Assembly (NCBI GenBank): GCA_044224495.1
Contig: JBGAKG010000027.1
Coordinates: forward strand, 29,521 to 93,520
Source: Polyangiaceae bacterium
Lineage (GTDB): Bacteria; Myxococcota_A; Polyangia; Polyangiales; Polyangiaceae
Reading direction: 5' to 3'
Length of the DNA: 64,000 nt
Shown here: positions 1-9,516 of the stretch, piece by piece
How positions within the stretch are numbered: position 1 is the stretch's first letter
Layout of the letters: the number at the start of each line of letters is the position of its first letter
The notes under the pieces: model-generated
The model's database searches: none
Seen by the model: the letters and a program-made list of their open reading frames with translations, nothing else
Told to the model about the DNA's origin: nothing
Made by a program: the position numbers and the translations under genes

Positions 1-1
1 G

Positions 2-778
2 GTCCGCGCCGACGTGGTGATCTCGAACGCCGATCTGAAGCGCACCTATGCCGAGCTGGTCGGGCCGGAGCACCTCGGGCGCGACGTGCTCGCCAAGAGC
101 GAGCGGTGGGAGATGGCGGCGGCGCTCTTCATGACCGTGGTGGGTCTCCGCGGCGACGGGCGCGACATCGGGATGACGAGCTCGAACGTGTGGCAGTTCG
201 ATCACTACGACGGCGATCGCTTCTACAGCGCGGACCGCGGGACGGGGCCGATCGGGGTCGCCGGTTGCTACGTCACGAGCGCCTCGATGAAGGATCCCGA
301 GAACGCGCTCCACCACGCGCCGGCCGGGCACACCGGGCTGGAGATCATGGCGGTCGTTCCGCACGATCCGAAGCGCTGGGGGATCGAGGGCGGGCCCGGC
401 GGCATGGACGACTGGGCGTACAAGCACGGCGCGACGTACCTCGAGCGGAAGGCGGAGCTCGAAGAGAACCTGGTGAATCGGCTCGAGGCGATCTTCCCGG
501 GCGCCAAGGAGCGGATCGTCTTCCGCGAGAGCGCGACGCCGATGAGCCATCGCCGCTTCACCGGCGCGACGGACGGAACGGGCTACGGGCTCGCGGCGAC
601 ACCGGAGCAGTTCATGAAGCGGCGCCCGGGTTACCGCGGACCGCTCCCGGGTCTGTACCTGACGGGGGCCTCCACGCGCGCGGGGCACGGCATCGTAGGG
701 GCGATGATGGGCGGCCGCGCGGCGGCGCTCCGCGTGACGAAGGATGCCACCGCGGGCGCGACGCTCCACCGGCGGTGA
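2..778 (+). CDS. FAD-dependent oxidoreductase, phytoene desaturase (CrtI) family, C-terminal fragment (5' end truncated by the window)
   Basis: Frame 2 is open from the window edge. The C-terminal motif GLYLTGASTRAGHGIVGAMMGGRAA is typical of the CrtI/amine-oxidase-fold family. Codon bias is GC3-rich. Confidence 0.6.
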   Translation, partial: VRADVVISNADLKRTYAELVGPEHLGRDVLAKSERWEMAAALFMTVVGLRGDGRDIGMTSSNVWQFDHYDGDRFYSADRGTGPIGVAGCYVTSASMKDPENALHHAPAGHTGLEIMAVVPHDPKRWGIEGGPGGMDDWAYKHGATYLERKAELEENLVNRLEAIFPGAKERIVFRESATPMSHRRFTGATDGTGYGLAATPEQFMKRRPGYRGPLPGLYLTGASTRAGHGIVGAMMGGRAAALRVTKDATAGATLHRR

Positions 779-815
779 TTGACGCGCCCGGGGGGGCGGT
801 CGATGCTTCGAACCG

Positions 816-1424
816 ATGCGTTGGCTGGTGGCCTTGGGGCTCGTGGTCGCGTGCCGCTCCGTCCGCGAGCCGGCGAACGATCCGCCGGATGGCAGCCCCA
901 CCCTCTCCGCAGCGGCGGCCGATGACGCGGCTCCGAGCGCGAACGCGAACGCGACGGCGACGGCCGATGCGACCGCGACCCCGAGCGCGGCGGTCGACGC
1001 GAGCGCCGACGTCACCGTCGACGCCGCCGCGCGCGTGACGACCGGCGCCGCGAGCACCGCCGAAGCAGGCGTCGGCTGCAGCCAACACGGCAACCCGTGC
1101 AACCCTCAGTGCGCGTCGATCGCGGCGAGCTACCTCGCGCTCGCGCCCGACGGCCGCGGGACCTGCGACGCGAAGAGCTGCGCCGCGGCCGGCGGCGCCT
1201 GCGCCTACGGTGGATTTTGCTTCGGGCAAGCCTGCATCAAGCGCACCCGCGACGGTGGGGCCACCTGCACGGACGGGAGCCAGTGCGAGAGCAAGGCGTG
1301 CTTCGCTCCCGATTCGGCGAAGCCGGGGCCCGGGACGGGGCGCTGCTCGGGCGTCGTGCTCAACCTGGGTTGTCACGCACCGGTGGAGCACGGTGTGGTG
1401 GGGCGGACGCTGTGTGGAGATTGA
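816..1424 (+). CDS. secreted/lipoprotein Cys-rich hypothetical protein
   Basis: The N-terminal signal ends in LVVAC, a lipobox-like sequence. Ala/Thr-rich linker followed by a C-terminal region with many Cys. The 3' end overlaps the convergent M14 gene by about 65 bp, so the true stop is uncertain. Confidence 0.5.
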   Translation: MRWLVALGLVVACRSVREPANDPPDGSPTLSAAAADDAAPSANANATATADATATPSAAVDASADVTVDAAARVTTGAASTAEAGVGCSQHGNPCNPQCASIAASYLALAPDGRGTCDAKSCAAAGGACAYGGFCFGQACIKRTRDGGATCTDGSQCESKACFAPDSAKPGPGTGRCSGVVLNLGCHAPVEHGVVGRTLCGD

Positions 1425-2355
1425 CGTCCAACGCGGCGCGGAAGTACGCGGCGATCGCGGGCACGTCGCTCGCGACCCACTCTGCCGGGTCGGGCGGATT
1501 GAACCGGCGAAACAGGTTCGATTGCAGGAATCGACCGGTGTCGACCCAGAGCGGGTAGTGCTCGACGCAGATGGACCACGTCCCGTACGTGTGGTGCTGG
1601 TGGTCCTCTTGTTCGCCGGTGAAGCGGTCGAGCGAGCCCGCCGCGACGTAGCGGTAGCGCGCCTTCGTCTGCGCGCCCGTGAACGCGCGCGCGAGGCGAG
1701 CGTACGTGGTGCCGACCGACGCGGGGGCGCCGTCGAGGCACGGCGGGAAGATCGTCCCCATCGTCGAGTGGAGGCTGACGCTCGCGTCGAAGCGAACGCG
1801 GAGGAGGAGTGACTCCAGCGCGGCGGTCTCGGGCTCGGAGAACGGCGCGCGCCCGCGGTAGAACGGGTTCGCGGGATCGTCGGAGCCGGTGCGCCACCCG
1901 TCGAGGGTGCTGAGCACCGGGCGGAGCGGTCCCGGGAGCGGGAAGTTGCGGTTCAGATCGACGCCACCGGCGTTGCGGCGGAGCTCGTGGAGCTTTCCGA
2001 CGCCCTCGCGCTCCCACGTGCGCGCGTAGCCGTCGGGGTTGAGCGTGGGGACGATCCAGAGATCGGCGCGCTCGAGCAGATCGCGGTGGTCGTCGAGCCG
2101 GGCGAGCATGCCGAGCGCGACCTCGACGCCGATGTACTCCGGGCCGTGGATGCCGGCGCACACGAGCACGGCGTGCTCGGGGTGTCCGGCCGTCACCCGC
2201 AAGGCGTGGATCGGGCGGCCCTCGACGCTCTGACCGAGGACGTCGACTTCGGCGCCGGCACGAGCGGCGGCCGCGAGCACGGCGCGCTCCCGTGCGTCGG
2301 GGTTGCGGTAGCGGTCGGTGGCACCGCCCGCATGGGGGGTCGAAGAGGGGCTCAA
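1360..2355 (-). CDS. M14 family zinc carboxypeptidase-like protein
   Basis: The motifs VLVCAGIHGPEYIG, LNPDGY and DLNRNF match the M14 zinc-binding and catalytic signatures. 331 aa. Confidence 0.75.
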   Translation of the reverse strand: MSPSSTPHAGGATDRYRNPDARERAVLAAAARAGAEVDVLGQSVEGRPIHALRVTAGHPEHAVLVCAGIHGPEYIGVEVALGMLARLDDHRDLLERADLWIVPTLNPDGYARTWEREGVGKLHELRRNAGGVDLNRNFPLPGPLRPVLSTLDGWRTGSDDPANPFYRGRAPFSEPETAALESLLLRVRFDASVSLHSTMGTIFPPCLDGAPASVGTTYARLARAFTGAQTKARYRYVAAGSLDRFTGEQEDHQHHTYGTWSICVEHYPLWVDTGRFLQSNLFRRFNPPDPAEWVASDVPAIAAYFRAALDVNLHTASAPPHRAPPVRDNPG

Positions 2356-2544
2356 GACCTCGCCTACCTTAGCTTGCTAACGATCGGCTCCAGAAGTGCC
2401 CTCGGTGGCGGCTCGCCGGCAGCGGGGTGGCGCGCGCCACCCTCGATCGCCGAATTCGTCGGGAAATCTCGGGTTCTCGACCTGGCATCGCTCGTGCTCA
2501 CCGCCCCTCCGCGACCGCCCGATTGGCGGCGCGGAAATGGAGTC

Positions 2545-3324
2545 ATGACGATGTTCGGCGTTCGTTCGATCCTCTGGGGCACTCTCTTCACCATCTGCGG
2601 CTGCGCGACGAGCGCCGGACCCTTCGGCTCGATGCCCGACGCCGACGGCGGCACCACGCCGAGCGGCGTCCGACTCGAAGTGACGGCGACCACGGCCCCG
2701 ACGGAGGTCCGCGCGATCCTCCCGCAGCCCGGCCGCCGCTACGTCGCGCTCGCGCTCGCCCTCACGAACGAGACGGACGGGGACGTCACCGCCGCGTTCT
2801 CGAGCTTCGCGCTCGAGACCAGCGCCGCGCTCGTATTGCTCCCGGCCGCCGCGAGCGCGTTCGTGAAGACCCCGTGCGCGCTCGACACGCTCATCGGCGC
2901 GGGTGGAAGCTTCGCATGCGAGCTCGTGTTCGAGGTTCCGCTCGACCAACACGCGACGCGCATCCGCTACGACGATCGGCAGGGGCACGGCGGCAGCGCC
3001 GACCTCCCCGTCCCCGTCGCGCCGAGCACGTGCACCGTCACCGAGTGCTGGCGCGCCGCTCCACGCGCGGAGCCCGACCACTGCATCGCGTGCCTCGCGA
3101 CGTCGTGCGGCGCCGAGCTCTTCGCCTTCGCCGACGCGTGCGGCTCCGCGTGCGACTGCCCCCTCCCCACGCGGAGCGACCTGCTCGGCGGCGCCGAGCG
3201 CGAGTGCAGCTGCTTCGCGGGCTGCGCGACCGACCGTCCCTGCGCCGCCGCGCTCGCCGCGTGGGGTGAGTGCGCGCGCGCCTGCCAGGGCGTCTGCGAC
3301 GACGCTCGCTGCGCTCCGCCGTGA
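2545..3324 (+). CDS. Cys-rich lipoprotein, hypothetical
   Basis: Internal ATG at 2545 in the frame of ORF 1987..3324, preceded by a GGAG Shine-Dalgarno. Signal peptide with lipobox FTICGC. The C-terminal half is Cys-rich. The upstream part of the long ORF is an Arg-rich artefact. Confidence 0.55.
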   Translation: MTMFGVRSILWGTLFTICGCATSAGPFGSMPDADGGTTPSGVRLEVTATTAPTEVRAILPQPGRRYVALALALTNETDGDVTAAFSSFALETSAALVLLPAAASAFVKTPCALDTLIGAGGSFACELVFEVPLDQHATRIRYDDRQGHGGSADLPVPVAPSTCTVTECWRAAPRAEPDHCIACLATSCGAELFAFADACGSACDCPLPTRSDLLGGAERECSCFAGCATDRPCAAALAAWGECARACQGVCDDARCAPP

Positions 3325-3347
3325 CGACTTTCGGATAGGATCGGGGG

Positions 3348-4310
3348 ATGCGTCGGATGGCTCCCGCGCTCGCGTTGGCGTTCATCGCCCTGTCGACGGC
3401 GCGGTGCGCGCTCGTCAGCGGGTTGGACGGCCTCTCCGTCGGCGAGGGCACCGACGCCGCGACCGCGACCGACGCGAGCGACGCGAGCTCGCGCGACGCC
3501 GTAGCGGACGCGCCGGCCGACGTCGCCCCGCCCGACGGGGGCTGCACCTGCGTCCCCATCCCCGCCGGGTGGACCAGCGTCCGCTTCGCGGCCGCGACCA
3601 ACACGCCGTGCCCGATCGGCGAGCCGAGCGCCGATCTCACGCTCGGCCCCTTCGCGGGCGCCGCCACTGGCAGCTGCACGTGCACCTGCACCACCAACGT
3701 GACCTGCGCCAACCCGACGGCCGAGTTCTTCGGCACGGTCGCGTGCGGCAACCTCGCCGGGGTGGCGACCGTGAACACGAGCGGAGCCTGCCTCCCGTTT
3801 CCGGTCGCGCCCAACGGCATCGACAGCCTGCACTTCGCGCCGGTCAGCGCAACCTGTACCGGCACCGCCGCGGCGCTGCCGTCCGCATCGAGCGGCAGCG
3901 GGCGCCGCTGCACGCCTCCATCGACCTGCGGCACCGGCCTCGGTTGCGACGGCGCGACCGGGCCGTTCGCGGCATGCATCTCTCGCGACGGCGACCAGAC
4001 GTGCCCGACGGACTACCCGAAGAGGACCGCCGCCGCGTCGTCCGTCGTCGACGGGCGCGTCTGCTCGGGGTGCGCGGGGTGCAACGTCTCGTCCCCGGCC
4101 TGCACCTACGACCTCAAGACCTTCAAGAACAACGCGTGCACGCAGACCACCGGGACCGCCTCCGGCGCGTCCGGCGCTTGTACGCAGCTCGTGGGCGAAG
4201 CCTTCTACACTGCCACCGTGAAGGCGACCGCGACGTGCACCCCCTCCGCGGGCACCGGCTCCGGCTCCACGACGGTCATGGGCCTCCAGACCATCTGCTG
4301 CAAAGGCTGA
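3348..4310 (+). CDS. secreted Thr/Cys-rich hypothetical protein
   Basis: Signal peptide MRRMAPALALAFIALSTARCA. Thr/Ala/Cys-rich mature region. GGGGG Shine-Dalgarno upstream. Confidence 0.55.
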   Translation: MRRMAPALALAFIALSTARCALVSGLDGLSVGEGTDAATATDASDASSRDAVADAPADVAPPDGGCTCVPIPAGWTSVRFAAATNTPCPIGEPSADLTLGPFAGAATGSCTCTCTTNVTCANPTAEFFGTVACGNLAGVATVNTSGACLPFPVAPNGIDSLHFAPVSATCTGTAAALPSASSGSGRRCTPPSTCGTGLGCDGATGPFAACISRDGDQTCPTDYPKRTAAASSVVDGRVCSGCAGCNVSSPACTYDLKTFKNNACTQTTGTASGASGACTQLVGEAFYTATVKATATCTPSAGTGSGSTTVMGLQTICCKG

Positions 4311-4319
4311 TGGACAAAA

Positions 4320-6700
4320 AGCGTCGAGGCGACCTGGTCACCCAGGTCGCCTCGGCGGAAGCTCACTTGAATCGTGGCAGGCCGCTTGGCCTCTCTCGAC
4401 AGTCTTCGTGCCGAATCACGATTCGCTGCGCCTCGAACGAAGCTACTCCCCGCTACCGAGAGCTCTCCGTGAGGTCGCCATCTACGGGTGTGGCCCGATG
4501 CTCGTCGGGGTCTCTTTCCGGTTCGCGCCGTGAGGACCCTGAGAGTCGGTGGAGCTATTCGCTACCACCGGCTTCGGAAGAACGCCGTCTCGCTTCACGC
4601 CTGGCCCGTACCAAATTGGTACGCACCGGGTGCAGACCTCCCTCGCCTTCGTACGGCTGGAGAAGCCTCTCGCGCCACGTGCCTTCCTCTGGAGCTCTTC
4701 GTCGAGTCGGTGCACCGTCGGGTCCATCCCGCCGGTCGCCTTCGGCCCCACGCCACCGGCTTGCGCCGATGTCGCCAGGCTGTCCGACCCTCCGGAGCCG
4801 CTACATCTCTCGTTCCCCGTCAAGGGACCGAGCTGCCTTCGGCTCCGAGCTCCTGATCCGGTGTTCGAAACGCTACGAGCTCACGCTCGCTTCGCCGTCG
4901 ACCGTCCACACTTCCTTTCGAGAAGCGCAGACGCCCTTCACATGCCGCTTCATCCTTTGGCTTCGGCCGAAGACCACGTCAGTGGTTGCTTCGGAGGCCT
5001 CGGACTAGCCCCCGTTCTGCCAAGCAGACCTTGCGATCCACCCGCAGTCCAAGGACGAGACACGCTCGAACCCGTCTCTGCCATCGTACCCATCCACTCG
5101 TGCATCCCTACTCGTTCGTTTTCGCCCCTCGCGCCGATACGTAAGTGTCGGTGCTCGGTATCCCCGTCGTGCGTTCGAGCCGACGAGGGCTCCCCCGGTT
5201 GCCCGAGAGAGAGACGAGAGCCTGAGCGGTTCACGCCGCTAGACCCGCCGGGCCGCGCCTACTTTCTACGCCACGTGCGACGAACGTATTCGGTTCGCCG
5301 CCGCCTGCGGGCGGAGCCCTGGATCTCCCGTCGACTGCAGCTGATGTTGCGCCGCAGCTCTAGACCGCTTCCCCGATGCTCCGTGACGAGCACCGCTTTC
5401 CCGGTCCGGAAGACCTTCCATCGAAAGGAGCTTTTTCCTCGACGTTCCACCTCACGGTGGGCGCCGCCTCGACTGAGCTCTCGCTCACCGAGGAGCCGGA
5501 TGCGCTTCCGGGGATGGCCATCCCCTGCGCTTCCTACCGCCCCGTCACCGGACGCTTTCGCTTCGCCCCAAGCGCGATTCCGCGCGCCTGCGACGTCCGA
5601 TCGAGGTCCCCGTTCACGCACCGTGGAAACCGGAGCTTCCCGTGCACGCTTCTCTGGACCAGCGGTCACCGGAGTCTCTGCAACGCTGTTGCCGAGCCCG
5701 GGTGCCTTTCGACTTCTGCAACGAATTGTCAAACGTAGGGTCGCATTCAGCGGGCGCGATCCCTGCTCGCCACGACGTTCCGTGCGGCGTTGCCCGATCG
5801 GGTCGGCGGTTTTCCCGCCACGACGCTGCGCCCCTTGCGGAGGCGGAGCGGCGCCCGTACCGAGCGGCAAGTGATGCGGTCTCTCCGACGCAGCCAGCTA
5901 GCTGACCACCCTCCCCATCGAACATGGGGACCCGCCGCTGGAGGCCCTCGTGAGGCTTCGACCAACGACGACATGAGAGTCGCACCAACCGAAACACACC
6001 GAGATGGTTTCGAGGCGAAGGAGCTTTCCGGATTGCAGCCCGCTGCTCCACCGCGCGCCGACCCGAGGGTCGACACACGTCCCCGCTCGACATGTTCGCG
6101 CATCTCCTGTCACCCTTCGGGCCGCGCACGCCGGTTGGAGCCGAGCCTGCGCAGGAGCCGAAGCGCCTAGGCCCCCTGCCGTTTCGCCGACCCGCGAAGG
6201 CCGACGGCGTGAGGAGCCGAGATGCGATCCAACTTCGTGGAAGCGAAGGGGTCGTGCCCCATCGCCTGGAGCTGCTTCGACGCCGCCCTTTCGGACGTGG
6301 CCGGAGCCGCTCGCGCTGTTTCCCGTCGAGGGTGCCGCCCGGGTCTGACGACCCAAGCGCGCTTGAAGAATCCCGACGTGGCCGGGATCGGCGGCACCGG
6401 CGAACCGGATGCCTGACCTCCCCCGACCGCAGCGCCCAGTGAAGCTGGATGCGATCCAGATGCCCGCGGAACCGATGTACCGCGAACTTCGAAAGCACTT
6501 ATGCCAATTCTCGTTCGTCAGCGCAACAGAAAATCGACGTCTCAATGCTCTTTTTTTTCTCCACTTGGTTATTCACACACCTTCCCCCAGGTTATCCACA
6601 GCGCGATGGAACCCTGGTTTTTCCCGCTCCGCGTGAAGATCGGCCCGATCGGGACCCGACAATCGCTTCGACAAGCATGTTTGAATTTGTGCCCATCAAT
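4320..6700. other. ORF-poor region of lower GC (about 60-62%), about 2.3 kb, no recognisable protein in any frame
   Basis: Every overlapping six-frame ORF here translates to Arg/Ser/Pro-rich nonsense. GC is lower than in the flanking genes. The region contains one copy of the 17-nt palindrome (4607-4623), a TTATCCACA DnaA-box-like 9-mer and, near 6650-6720, AT-rich inverted and direct repeats. Confidence 0.5.
4607..4623. repeat. 17-nt near-palindrome CGTACCAAATTGGTACG (copy A)
   Basis: 8-bp inverted arms CGTACCAA/TTGGTACG around a central A. One of four related copies in the window. Confidence 0.6.
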
Positions 6701-6767
6701 TGTGTTTGATTGATGGGTTTGAATTTGTACCCGCGCGAGAACGCTGAGCTTCGGCTACTCTCCGTGC

Positions 6768-7304
6768 ATGCGCACTCGCACCACTCTCTCGGTTTTCCTC
6801 CTCGGGTCGGCGCTGGTGTACGTGGCCTGCGGTGGTGCGACCAAACCGCCTACGAACGGCGACACGCCGGCCGACTCGGCGAGCGCAGCGACCACCTCCG
6901 CCCCCGCGACGAGCTCGAGCGCGAGTACCGCACCCGCGACGAGCTCGAGCGCCGTCGCATCGGCCGCTCCCGCCCCCAGCGCGAGCGCCGCCCCGATGAA
7001 CACGGGCGATCCGTGCGCCGACGTCTCCGCGCCCTACGAAGCGAAGGTCCGCCCCGACGTGAAGAAGTGCTTCTTCGACGCGATGGCGAAGCGGCCCGAT
7101 CTCGACGGCCACATCCGCATCACCGCCGCCGTCAACACGTCGGGCAAGATCGGCAACGTCGTCATCCAGAACGACAAGATCCTCGGCAAGGATCTCGTCA
7201 CGTGCATGACGAACGCCGTGAAGGCCGGCGGCTTCGACGGCCCCGCGTGCTCGGGCAAGTCGATCGTGATGAACATGGCCTTCGGCGCAGCCGCGCGGAA
7301 CTGA
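6768..7304 (+). CDS. lipoprotein with TonB-C-like / AgmX-like C-terminal domain
   Basis: Lipobox LVYVACGG. Ser/Ala/Thr-rich linker. The C-terminal GHIRITAAVNTSGKIGNVVIQND pattern resembles the TonB C-terminal fold. Confidence 0.55.
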   Translation: MRTRTTLSVFLLGSALVYVACGGATKPPTNGDTPADSASAATTSAPATSSSASTAPATSSSAVASAAPAPSASAAPMNTGDPCADVSAPYEAKVRPDVKKCFFDAMAKRPDLDGHIRITAAVNTSGKIGNVVIQNDKILGKDLVTCMTNAVKAGGFDGPACSGKSIVMNMAFGAAARN

Positions 7305-7310
7305 CCGAGC

Positions 7311-7862
7311 TCAGGGCTTCGCGCGCCGCTGTCGCTTCGGCTCGCTCGCGTGGCCGAGCTCGCGCGCCTCCACCTCGGAGCGCAGCGATGCGTCCTTCAC
7401 GAGCGCGTAGACGACCGCGATCGCGAGGAGCCCGGGCACGGCGACGATCCCGTTGATCCAAGCGATCACCGTCCCGATGCCGATGACGCCGACGATGATC
7501 CGATACGCGAGGCGACGGCCCGACGTGAGCGGCAGCTTGTTGCCCGTTCCGCAGCGCGGGCAGGTGAAGCGCGGGAAACCCAAGAGGTCGAGGTTGGTCG
7601 GCGCCGCGACGAAGCGCGCGCAGCCCACGCACGGAAGATCACCTTCGTGCTCTGGCTTCGGCTTGCGCTTCTTCGGGATCGGCGGCGCGTCGCGGTAGGG
7701 ATCCTTCGCGTGCTTCTCGCTCCAGTGCTCGCGCCAGCAGCCGTCGCGATGAAGGACGACCCCGCACTCGCACGGAGCGCCGTCGTCGTCGGAGACGCAC
7801 TTCCGCTCACACTGGGCGCAGCGGACACCCGCAATCTGGAGCTCCTCCCCCATGTGCAGCAT
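7311..7862 (-). CDS. membrane protein with N-terminal zinc-ribbon-like Cys pairs, hypothetical
   Basis: CxxC pairs (CAQCERKC, CVGC, CPRC), a Lys/Pro-rich linker and two predicted TM helices. Good codon bias. Confidence 0.5.
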   Translation of the reverse strand: MLHMGEELQIAGVRCAQCERKCVSDDDGAPCECGVVLHRDGCWREHWSEKHAKDPYRDAPPIPKKRKPKPEHEGDLPCVGCARFVAAPTNLDLLGFPRFTCPRCGTGNKLPLTSGRRLAYRIIVGVIGIGTVIAWINGIVAVPGLLAIAVVYALVKDASLRSEVEARELGHASEPKRQRRAKP

Positions 7863-7870
7863 TCTACGCG

Positions 7871-8764
7871 ATGGGGGACGGCGCCTTTCCTTGGAAGTAC
7901 GATCAATTCGTGCCCAACCTCGCCCTCACCGAGAAGAAGAACCTCTCGTCCTTCCGGCGCATCGCGCTGGGCACGTGGCGCACGGTCGGCGACCCCTCCG
8001 TCTACGGCACGATCAAGCTCCGCGCCGACAAGATGACCGACTACATCGCCGAGTTCCGCGAGCGCACGGGGAAGAAGCTCACGATCACGCACGTGATGGC
8101 GAAGGCGGTCGCGCTCGTGCTCGCCGCCATGCCGGATGCGAACGCCATCCTGCGCCGGAACCGCATCTACCTCCGCAAGGAGATCGGCGTGTTCTTCCAA
8201 GTCGCGATGGAGGACGCCAAGACCAAGGAGATCGACCTCTCGGGCGCCACGATCATGGGCGCCCACGAGAAATCGCTCGAGGAGATCTACGACGAGTTCT
8301 CCGCCAAGGCCTCGCGCGTGAAGAAGGGGAAGGACAAGGAGCTCGAGGGCACGCGCAGCACCTTCAAGAAGATCCCGTACCGCTTCCTCCACTGGTTCCT
8401 GGATCTCCTCGGCTGGCTGTCGTTCGAGCTCAACCTGGACCTTCGCTTCGCCGGCGTGCCGAAGGATCCGTTCGGCTCGGCGATGGTGACGAACATCGGC
8501 TCGCTCGGGCTGGAAGAGGCCTACGTTCCGCTCGTCCCCTACAGCCACGTCCCGCTCCTGATCGCGGTCGGCGCGGTGCAGGACGAGCCCGTCGTGGAGG
8601 ACGGCAAGATCGTGCCCGGCAAGGTGCTCCGCGCGTGCGCCACGTTCGATCACCGCGTGCTCGACGGGATGCACGCGGCGCACATGGCGAAGACGATCAC
8701 GAAGATCTTCGACGACCCCGAGGGAACGCTGGGGCCACTGCCGAAGAAGAAGAAGAAGGACTAG
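7871..8764 (+). CDS. 2-oxoacid dehydrogenase acyltransferase (E2) catalytic-domain-only protein
   Basis: The C-terminal DHRVLDG active-site motif with a conserved His is typical of the E2 catalytic (CAT-like) fold. There are no lipoyl or subunit-binding domains. Confidence 0.8.
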   Translation: MGDGAFPWKYDQFVPNLALTEKKNLSSFRRIALGTWRTVGDPSVYGTIKLRADKMTDYIAEFRERTGKKLTITHVMAKAVALVLAAMPDANAILRRNRIYLRKEIGVFFQVAMEDAKTKEIDLSGATIMGAHEKSLEEIYDEFSAKASRVKKGKDKELEGTRSTFKKIPYRFLHWFLDLLGWLSFELNLDLRFAGVPKDPFGSAMVTNIGSLGLEEAYVPLVPYSHVPLLIAVGAVQDEPVVEDGKIVPGKVLRACATFDHRVLDGMHAAHMAKTITKIFDDPEGTLGPLPKKKKKD

Positions 8765-9348
8765 CGGTAGAGCACCTCGAACGTGCACTCCGGCGCGTCG
8801 TCGAGCCGGCACGAGATCTCTCGTCCGCCGATCACGCGCGGTCCCACCATGCGCACCATCTCCTCGACCCAGGCGAGCACCGTCATGCAGTGCACGCGGT
8901 GCGGCGTCGCGAGCCGCGAGATGGTGAGGCGCAGGCCGATGCCCTCGAGCACCTGCGACGTCGCCGAGCCCGTGTCGTAGCTCGCCGACCAGACGGCGGC
9001 GGCCTTGCCGACGATGTACTCGACGCTCCCGAGGCGAAAGAAGATTTTGTGGATCGTGGGGACGTTGACCCGGGCCGCGTGGCGCGCGAGCTCCGGGACG
9101 AGCCCGAGGTCGCCGCGCCCGTGCACGCGATCGATCGACTCGCAGAGATCGACGAAGACCTCGAAGGGCAGCCAGAGCGTCGGCGACACCGTGCTGCGGA
9201 CGATCGCCGCACGCGCGGGGTCCATCGCGCGGAGCACCGCCTCGACGCCGGCGGCCCCGCGGTTCTTCTTCACCCAATCCATCCGCGCGAGGACGAGGGG
9301 TGCGCGGACGTTCGAAGGTCGAACGGCCGGCATCGTCGTCTGCGACAT
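8761..9348 (-). CDS. DUF2378-family (myxobacterial conserved) protein
   Basis: Internal Met (MSQTTMP...) in ORF 8761..9927. The 195 aa product resembles the Myxococcales-specific DUF2378 family. The long N-terminal extension in the ORF track is Arg-rich and probably spurious. Confidence 0.55.
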   Translation of the reverse strand: MSQTTMPAVRPSNVRAPLVLARMDWVKKNRGAAGVEAVLRAMDPARAAIVRSTVSPTLWLPFEVFVDLCESIDRVHGRGDLGLVPELARHAARVNVPTIHKIFFRLGSVEYIVGKAAAVWSASYDTGSATSQVLEGIGLRLTISRLATPHRVHCMTVLAWVEEMVRMVGPRVIGGREISCRLDDAPECTFEVLYR

Positions 9349-9516
9349 GCCTCGATCGTACGACGCCCAGGCCCGATCGGCACCCGTGGCGAAACCCTCC
9401 GTGGCGCGGCGCCACGGTCGAGCCAGGAGCGCACGCTCGCCACGAAGCGCCCCCGCGCGCGCGCCGCCGAGTGGGCCGCGCCCGCGCGTGGCACCGTGCT
9501 TGCTCTGCGGGGGTGC

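Noticed and set aside
1987-2544. Upstream 186 codons of ORF 1987..3324 as part of the lipoprotein gene
   Set aside because: The upstream part is antisense to the M14 peptidase gene and Arg/Gly-rich. A Shine-Dalgarno sequence and a signal peptide begin at the internal ATG at 2545.
4320-6500. Possible rRNA (23S or 16S) or rRNA fragment in the ORF-free region
   Set aside because: None of the universally conserved rRNA signatures, and none of their reverse complements, are present: the 23S 5' GGATGCCTTGGC, the sarcin-ricin AGTACGAGAGGACCGG, the 16S 515 region GTGCCAGCAGCCGCGGTAA, or the 16S 3' GGATCACCTCCTT. Only short chance-level similarities were found.
6585-6600. TTATCCACA DnaA box as evidence of oriC
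   Set aside because: It is a single box. About 0.5 occurrences are expected by chance in this much sequence. There is no dnaA or dnaN gene, or cluster of boxes, in the window. It is kept only as a low-interest note.
7466-9415. Long ORFs on the antisense or offset frames of real genes, for example 7466..9415(-), 7852..10071(+), 15101..17272(-), 19430..21133(-), 30674..33289(-), 34767..36614(-), 38231..42865(+), and many 200-400 aa Arg-rich ORFs
   Set aside because: Their translations are dominated by Arg/Pro/Ala/Gly low-complexity runs typical of stop-depleted alternative frames in 70% GC DNA. Each overlaps a gene that has recognisable domains in another frame.
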